Origin: Caballeronia sp.
GTDB lineage: Bacteria > Pseudomonadota > Gammaproteobacteria > Burkholderiales > Burkholderiaceae
Direction of reading: 5' to 3'
Assembly (NCBI RefSeq): GCF_028292365.1
Contig: NZ_JAQGMM010000244.1
Coordinates: 12,898-76,897 of the forward strand
DNA: 64,000 bases
Shown: positions 58,309 to 64,000 of the stretch, in pieces
How positions within the stretch are numbered: position 1 is the first letter of the stretch
Layout: the number at the start of each line of letters is the position of its first letter
Made by a program: the position numbers and the translations under genes
Notes under the pieces: generated by a model
The model's input: only the letters and a program-made list of their open reading frames with translations
The model's database searches: none
Told to the model about the DNA's origin: nothing

Positions 58309-59274
58309 ATGAACATTCTCATTACCGGCGGCGCCGGTTTTCTCGGCCAGCGGCTCGCGCGCCGTCTTCTCGAACGCGGCACGCTGATGGGCAAGCCGAT
58401 CACCGGACTTACGCTACTTGACGTCGTGCGCCCGCCGGATCTGGGCGACAAGCGCGTGCGAGCTGAGACCGGCGATATCGCGGATCGCAGCGTGCTGGAA
58501 CGGTGCATTGGTGCTGACACGCATGCGATCTTTCATCTTGCCGCAATCGTGAGCGGCCAGGCGGAGGCGGATTTCGAGCTGGGCATGCGTATCAATCTGG
58601 ACGCATCGCGTCTGCTGCTCGATGTGTGCCGCTCGCTTGGACACGCGCCGCGAGTCTTGTTCACGAGCTCCGTTGCGGTGTATGGCGGCACGCTGCCCGA
58701 GGTCGTACGCGACGATACCGCGTTAAATCCGAAGTCATCGTATGGAACGCAAAAAGCAATCGCCGAGTTGCTGCTGTGCGATTACTCGCGACGCGGGTTT
58801 GTCGATGGACGCGTGTTGCGTTTGCCGACCATCAGCGTGCGTCCGGGACGGCCGAATGCAGCGGCATCGTCGTTTGCCAGTGGCATTATTCGCGAGCCGT
58901 TGAATGGCGAACGCGCGGTGTGTCCGGTCGGTGGCGACGTACGTTTGTGGTTGCTGTCGCCGAAGCAGGCAATCGAATCGCTGATCGCCGGTTGCGAACT
59001 TGAACAGGCCGAGCTCGGCACATGGCCGGTTGTCAACATGCCCGGGCTCTCGGTCAGCGTGACGGAAATGGTCGATGCACTGAAAGAAGTGGCGGGCGAG
59101 GACGTGGCTGCGCTGATTGACTGGCAACCGGATCCGACGATCGAAAAGATTGTCGGGAGTTGGCCGGGAGCATGGGACACGTCGCGTGGAGAAAAGCTGG
59201 GGCTGGCGGCGGACCGCAACTTCAGCGAGGTCATTCGCGCCTTCATTGAAGAGAGCAAATCCGCTGGCGCTTGA
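58309..59274 (+). CDS. denD: D-erythronate dehydrogenase
   Basis: ITGGAGFLG, HLAAIVSG, SYGTQK, RPGRPNAAASSF. Confidence 0.9.
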   Translation: MNILITGGAGFLGQRLARRLLERGTLMGKPITGLTLLDVVRPPDLGDKRVRAETGDIADRSVLERCIGADTHAIFHLAAIVSGQAEADFELGMRINLDASRLLLDVCRSLGHAPRVLFTSSVAVYGGTLPEVVRDDTALNPKSSYGTQKAIAELLLCDYSRRGFVDGRVLRLPTISVRPGRPNAAASSFASGIIREPLNGERAVCPVGGDVRLWLLSPKQAIESLIAGCELEQAELGTWPVVNMPGLSVSVTEMVDALKEVAGEDVAALIDWQPDPTIEKIVGSWPGAWDTSRGEKLGLAADRNFSEVIRAFIEESKSAGA

Positions 59275-59325
59275 ATGATCACTAAAGTCGAGCTAAAGGC
59301 GTCCAGCGCCCGTTGCACGCGCCCG

Positions 59326-60018
59326 CTAAAGTTCCAGCCGGTACCCCACGCCGTAGACTGAAACAATCGGCTCGCTATCGGGACGCACGACCTGCAATTT
59401 GCGGCGCAGGTTCTTGATGTGACTGTCGATGGTGCGGTCCGTCACGACCCGATGATCGTCGTATAGCTGGTTGAGCAGGTAATCACGCGGGAAGATCCTG
59501 CCTGGCGATTTCATCAGCAAGGCCAGCATGCGTAGCTCGACCGGCGTGAGCTTCAGCTCCTCGCCGTCGAGCCGTGCGCTATGGAATTGCTGGTCCACCT
59601 CAAGGCCCGTTGCCACGGGTGCGGCTGTTACAACGGGCGGGGCCGCACGTCGCAGGATGGCCTTCACTCGCGCGACGACCTCGCGTGGGCTGAAGGGCTT
59701 GCAGACGTAGTCATCGGCGCCAATCTCCAGTCCGCGCAGTCGATCGGCTTCATCCACGCGCGCCGTCAAAATGATCACCGGAAGCGTCGAGAACTGCCGC
59801 ACCTCACGGCATATATCCATGCCGTTGCGCCCGGGCAGCATGAGGTCGAGCAGCATCAGCGAGGGCGGGGTGGTGCGAATGAACGGGATCACCTCGGCGC
59901 CGTCGCTGATCGATGTTGTTTCGAATCCTTCGATATGCAAATAGTCCGCCATGACGGCTGCCAGCTTCGGCTCATCCTCGACGATCAGGATTCGAACGCC
60001 GCGTCGCTCGGTACTCAT
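59326..60018 (-). CDS. baeR: BaeR-like OmpR-family response regulator
   Basis: IVEDE, LDLMLPG, ADDYVCKPFSPREVVARV, VTDRTIDSHIKNLRRK. Confidence 0.82.
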   Translation of the reverse strand: MSTERRGVRILIVEDEPKLAAVMADYLHIEGFETTSISDGAEVIPFIRTTPPSLMLLDLMLPGRNGMDICREVRQFSTLPVIILTARVDEADRLRGLEIGADDYVCKPFSPREVVARVKAILRRAAPPVVTAAPVATGLEVDQQFHSARLDGEELKLTPVELRMLALLMKSPGRIFPRDYLLNQLYDDHRVVTDRTIDSHIKNLRRKLQVVRPDSEPIVSVYGVGYRLEL

Positions 60019-61823
60019 GCCACGCCTCCTTCCGGTTCAAAATGTGCTGTTATCCAGACCCCGCCAAGCGGTGAGGGCCTGGCGATCGTGGTTCCGCCGT
60101 GTGCGGTCACAATGGCCCGGCACAGTGCAAGGCCGAGGCCCGCGCCACCGCTCTGGCGGCTGCGTGATTCATCGACTCTATACAGGCGTTCGAACAAATG
60201 CGGCAACGCCTCGGCGGGCACGCCGGGCAGGGAATCCTGAATATCGAGCTGCCAGCCGCGGGCGCCAACGGTCACCGAGACACATACGCTTCCGCCCGGA
60301 TCGGTATAACGCAAGGAATTGAGCAGCAGGTTTTTAAGCAACTGCACAAAGCGCGCAGGGTCGACCTGGAAGACCATGCCCGTTGAGTCATACGTTGAGT
60401 CATACGTTGAATCACTCGTTGAATCATTCGCCGACTTTTGCGCCGACGGTTCCGGCAGGGTCAGGCTCAATGCGATTTGCTTGGCCCTGAATGATTCCCG
60501 CATTGCTTCGACCGATGCACGCACCAACTGCCCAATGTCGGCCGGCACCTTCCGGTAGCTCAACGCACCGACATCGCTTAACGATAACTCGTACAGGTCT
60601 TCGATCAATTTGTTCAGCATCGCGACTTCGGTTTGCAGCGAAGCGAGCGAATGGCGATCGAACGCATGCACGCCGTCCTCGATTGCTTCCAGTTCACCGC
60701 GCAACACTGCCAGGGGCGTACGTAACTCATGCGAGATATCGGCGATGAAATCCCGGCGCGAGCGTTCCGCGCGCTGCAGTGAATCCGCGAGCACATTGAA
60801 GTCGCCGGCAAGCCGGTCCAGTTCATCCCGGCGCCCGGCCGCCACTCGCGTGGTGTAGTCCCCGCCCGCGAGCCGGTGCGTCGCGATCATCAGGCGCTTG
60901 ACCGGCGCCAGCACAATCCGCGCGAGCAGCATGGCGACCAGCGCAGCCACGATCACGGCCACGCCGGCGATCTCCCAGGTCGCACGCGCCTGCTGGGCCT
61001 GAAACGCGATGTCGGCCGCATCGGAAAGTGTGTTGGGCGCGTTGGCCGCGACCCAGCCGACTATCTTGCCGTTGTAGACCACCGGCTTGAGGGCGGCGTC
61101 GGGCGGTGGTTCCGAGTCGGTCGTTGCGACCAGGTCATGGTTGGCGTCGTAGAGCGTGGCGGGTTGCGGAGCGCCCCGTCCTCCGCGTCCCATCAGTGGG
61201 CGCGGTGGCCGCTCGTAGGCAGGTTCATCGAACGTCACGTCATGTCCGGTGCTACGGTCGCGGCTTGCCACCACGCCTGAGTCGGCGAACGCGGGGGCAG
61301 GCAGGCGCATGCCCCAGTGCGAACCCGCTTCGTTACCCGAAAGCGGCCCGAGCATTTGCTGCACGCTGGCGCTGCCGGGGAAGGTGCGCCAGCTCGGCAC
61401 CTTGTTCGTCTGCGCCTCGACCATCTCCTGCCTGAGGGCCTGATCATGCGCGGCGTCGAGCAGCGTTATCCATTCTTCGGGGTGCTGGCGCAGAAAATTC
61501 CAGCTGCCGTGAGCAGCGTATTCGGCGGTCACTTTTCCCATGACGGCGTTCATACGCCCGGCGTCGCGCGCGCGGACGTAGTGCAGGAAACCGTTCTCGA
61601 AACTCAGGCGCAGCGCGTATCCCATCGTGAGGGAGATTGTCAGGCAGGCGATCAGCACTGCAAGGAACATCTTCCACGTAATGCCAAAGCGAATTTTGCC
61701 CGCACGCGCACGCGAGTGGCTTCCAAGTTCTTTCAAAATATTACGCGAGCTGCGGCGCGGCGTTGGGCCGATGGGCGTGCCCGTCTTTGCGCCGAGTGGT
61801 TCGCTATGTGTTTCGCTGTGCAT
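60015..61823 (-). CDS. baeS: BaeS-like sensor histidine kinase
   Basis: Two TMs, HAMP, DISHELRTPL, NSLRYTD, QDSLPGV, GLGL. Confidence 0.82.
   Translation of the reverse strand: MHSETHSEPLGAKTGTPIGPTPRRSSRNILKELGSHSRARAGKIRFGITWKMFLAVLIACLTISLTMGYALRLSFENGFLHYVRARDAGRMNAVMGKVTAEYAAHGSWNFLRQHPEEWITLLDAAHDQALRQEMVEAQTNKVPSWRTFPGSASVQQMLGPLSGNEAGSHWGMRLPAPAFADSGVVASRDRSTGHDVTFDEPAYERPPRPLMGRGGRGAPQPATLYDANHDLVATTDSEPPPDAALKPVVYNGKIVGWVAANAPNTLSDAADIAFQAQQARATWEIAGVAVIVAALVAMLLARIVLAPVKRLMIATHRLAGGDYTTRVAAGRRDELDRLAGDFNVLADSLQRAERSRRDFIADISHELRTPLAVLRGELEAIEDGVHAFDRHSLASLQTEVAMLNKLIEDLYELSLSDVGALSYRKVPADIGQLVRASVEAMRESFRAKQIALSLTLPEPSAQKSANDSTSDSTYDSTYDSTGMVFQVDPARFVQLLKNLLLNSLRYTDPGGSVCVSVTVGARGWQLDIQDSLPGVPAEALPHLFERLYRVDESRSRQSGGAGLGLALCRAIVTAHGGTTIARPSPLGGVWITAHFEPEGGVA
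60381..60428. repeat. In-frame 12-bp tandem repeat x4 inside baeS (DSTS-DSTY-DSTY-DSTG)
   Basis: CGTTGAGTCATA x2, CGTTGAATCACT, CGTTGAATCATT. Confidence 0.9.
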
Positions 61824-62023
61824 CCGCGGATTCTAGTGGAAACAGGGGAACGGTCTCACGTTCGCGCGACGTTCCGGCGCAACCTCCACGATTTCTCCTT
61901 CTTTTGTTCATTGTCAGTGCGTGATGCCTGACTAGTATTCGATCCTGCCAAAGGGGTCTTTCAACCCGATTCACTCAGTGGCCGATTCATTCGCCGATTC
62001 CTGGTCGTTTCTGGAGAGAACAC

Positions 62024-62389
62024 ATGCAAACCGCTTCGAGCCTTCAGCCTAGCTCATCGAAAGTCTTCGGACGCATTGCGCCGCCGTCCCGTGACAACGG
62101 GAACAGGCCGATGGCGAAGGCCCTCGCGGCCGGCTCCGCAAGTGCTGCGCAACGGGTCATCAAGCTGCGTGGTGCACGGGTGTCCGAAACGCTGCCGCGG
62201 CCGTGGGGCGAGTGCTGCAGGATTGTGGAATGGGTCAATCGCGAAGGGCAATACTCGTGTCTCGCGGTGCCGGGCGACGCGTCGGAAGATGAGATTCGTC
62301 ATCGCATGCGCTCCCACAAAAACGGCCCGCAGTACCTCGTGACGGACGACCGCGAGTTGCCGGCGAAGGTGGTGTTGCCGCGAGCTTAG
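62024..62389 (+). CDS. DUF2866-like small protein
   Basis: LRGARVS...PWGECCRIVEWV...DD motif; GGAGAG RBS. Confidence 0.7.
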   Translation: MQTASSLQPSSSKVFGRIAPPSRDNGNRPMAKALAAGSASAAQRVIKLRGARVSETLPRPWGECCRIVEWVNREGQYSCLAVPGDASEDEIRHRMRSHKNGPQYLVTDDRELPAKVVLPRA

Positions 62390-62481
62390 CGGCATGACTA
62401 TGGCGGGCGGTGCATCGCCCCGTTTATTGGCGCTCAGGGTGACGCTCTGAAAGTCCCTCACGAAGCCCTCAGGAAACCCAG

Positions 62482-63273
62482 ATGAAAACACGCATCTTTT
62501 TTGTCGAGGCCAATCCGGCAATCCACGGGAATCTTCGCGATGTCCTGGATAGCCGCTACATGGATGTCCATACGCTCAGCAGCGGCAGCGCATTGATCAG
62601 CCGCATGGAGCACGACGTCCCGGCGTTGATCGTGTTGCGGGACGGCCTGCCCGACATGAGAGCCTCGGCCGTGCTGCGGGCGCTGCAACAGGCCGGCCAT
62701 GACACGCCGGTAATCGTGATCGGAGATACCCTTGACTCGGTGGAACTGATCGTATGCCTTGAACAGGGCGCCGATGATTACGTCAGGATGCCTTGCAATC
62801 CACGCGAGCTGCTGTCGCGGGTTGAGAACGTGCTGCGCCGCGCGCCTCACAAATCCCGGACGCCGGCGAGTACGACGGGAAAGTGCGGCATCGGCGATTT
62901 CGTCCTCGATTTCCGGGCTCACATGCTGACCCGCCACGGCGTGCCCGTCGCCCTCCATTCAAGCACGTTCGCGTTGCTGCGCCTCTTCGCGGAACATCCG
63001 CTCGAGGTGCTGTCCCGACGCGTCATCGCCGATAAATTGCGCGGCGCCGGCGAAGGACATTGCGACCGCTCGCTGGACGTGCTGGTCTGCCGGTTGCGGC
63101 GGATTGTCGAAGCTGATCCGTCGACGCCACGGCTGATCCAGACCATTCGCGGACGCGGTTATGTCTTCACCCCGTCCGGGATGAGCGCCGTTCCCCTGGA
63201 ATACGACGAACTCGATGTCATGCCGCCGGAACCGGCACGGAAGCAAGTCTCTGCGGTGAGCAGCTACGCTTAG
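62482..63273 (+). CDS. OmpR-family regulator with an atypical (pseudo-)receiver domain
   Basis: Winged helix DRSLDVLVCRLRR...IQTIRGRGY; receiver motifs degenerate (VEAN, LIVLRD, VIGD, YVRMP). Confidence 0.85.
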   Translation: MKTRIFFVEANPAIHGNLRDVLDSRYMDVHTLSSGSALISRMEHDVPALIVLRDGLPDMRASAVLRALQQAGHDTPVIVIGDTLDSVELIVCLEQGADDYVRMPCNPRELLSRVENVLRRAPHKSRTPASTTGKCGIGDFVLDFRAHMLTRHGVPVALHSSTFALLRLFAEHPLEVLSRRVIADKLRGAGEGHCDRSLDVLVCRLRRIVEADPSTPRLIQTIRGRGYVFTPSGMSAVPLEYDELDVMPPEPARKQVSAVSSYA

Positions 63274-63294
63274 CCAACGCGCTCACAGCTACGT

Positions 63295-64000
63295 CTAACC
63301 GTTCATGCGGGCTGCCTGCCGGGTCAGCCGCGCGAATGCCGCAAGCACGCGGTCACACGTCAGCGTTTGCCGCCATAGTTTCTCTTTCAGATAAGCGGTC
63401 GGCACCCACTGCCACGGCAACACCACATTGACCACGCCCCACGCAGGCCGCCAGCGCTCGGCAACCCGGCGACGCCGGAACAGGCTCAGGCTCGGAATGC
63501 CAAGATTCGACGCAAGATGGCCGATGCCCGAGTCGTTGCCGATAAACCAGCCCGACTCATACACGCAGCAGGCGAGTTCGTGCAGGCTCTCAAAATGGGG
63601 CGCCGGAATATCGAACTTCACGAGATCGCGCCAACGTTCGCGCTCATGCGGCGCGATCACGAACTGCACGTCATAACCGCGTTTGCGCAAGCGCTGGGCA
63701 AGCCTCACGAAGCGGTGCGAGAACCAGCGCTTGTCCTCGGTGCTGGCCTCGGGATGAATCATCACGCGCTTGCCGTTCCTGCGATGCACGAGGCTCGCAG
63801 GCGCTGTCATGCCGTTATCCAGCACCGGTGCGCGCAACGCCAGATCGTCCCGGCAGAAGTCAGCGAAGCGCTGCGCCATGCAGCCCGGGCGGTCGCCAAA
63901 TTCAACGTCATGCAACGTGACCACGTGCGGATGGACATCGACAAGATCGCGCAGCGGCTGGTTCCATTGCATTTGAAAAACCGTGTCGTACGGAGCGAAC
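63295..64000 (-). CDS. Glycosyltransferase family 9 (heptosyltransferase-like), 5' part outside the window
   Basis: IHPEAS...KRW, FIGNDSGIGHLAS...IP.LSLF, WRP. Confidence 0.88.
   Translation of the reverse strand, partial: FAPYDTVFQMQWNQPLRDLVDVHPHVVTLHDVEFGDRPGCMAQRFADFCRDDLALRAPVLDNGMTAPASLVHRRNGKRVMIHPEASTEDKRWFSHRFVRLAQRLRKRGYDVQFVIAPHERERWRDLVKFDIPAPHFESLHELACCVYESGWFIGNDSGIGHLASNLGIPSLSLFRRRRVAERWRPAWGVVNVVLPWQWVPTAYLKEKLWRQTLTCDRVLAAFARLTRQAARMNG

Noticed and set aside
1-64000. Mobile elements, prophage, defence systems, tRNA or rRNA
   Set aside because: I recognised no transposase, integrase, phage, reverse transcriptase, cas or nuclease-like ORF and no structural RNA gene.

Overview
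This is a GC-rich 64-kb accessory-type region that looks like Burkholderiaceae (Paraburkholderia/Caballeronia-like; inferred from gene content only). It carries about 60 genes, and I saw no rRNA, tRNA, CRISPR array, integrase or transposase. Main blocks from left to right: (1) a 7-PAS FixL/NodV-type kinase, two response regulators and a ytcA-mdtNOP efflux operon, flanked by deletion pseudogenes (thrE-family; a periplasmic-protein remnant abutting an AraC remnant); (2) GntR-TauE-DUF1634 with a perfect 24-bp palindrome inside a probable leaderless promoter; (3) TetR with a Rox-like flavin monooxygenase; (4) thiol/redox genes (DsbA-like, YghU, AhpD, AzoR, GNAT, MocR); (5) an uncharacterised YbiU/DUF1479 oxygenase, orphan sugar-binding protein, aldo-keto reductase and GlcG operon; (6) a dispersed sulfur set (persulfide dioxygenase-rhodanese fusion, 1-Cys peroxiredoxin, orphan PhnW-like transaminase, ComC-like dehydrogenase, soeABC); (7) a complete tetronate catabolic operon (ltnD-otnK-otnC-MFS-otnI-denD); (8) BaeSR-like genes facing DUF2866 and an OmpR-type regulator with a degenerate receiver domain. 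Several short tandem repeats and operator-like palindromes are also visible. The best candidates for undescribed biology are the YbiU operon, the putative organosulfonate/sulfite network and the pseudo-receiver regulator module. All family assignments come from motif recognition and memory, not from database searches.
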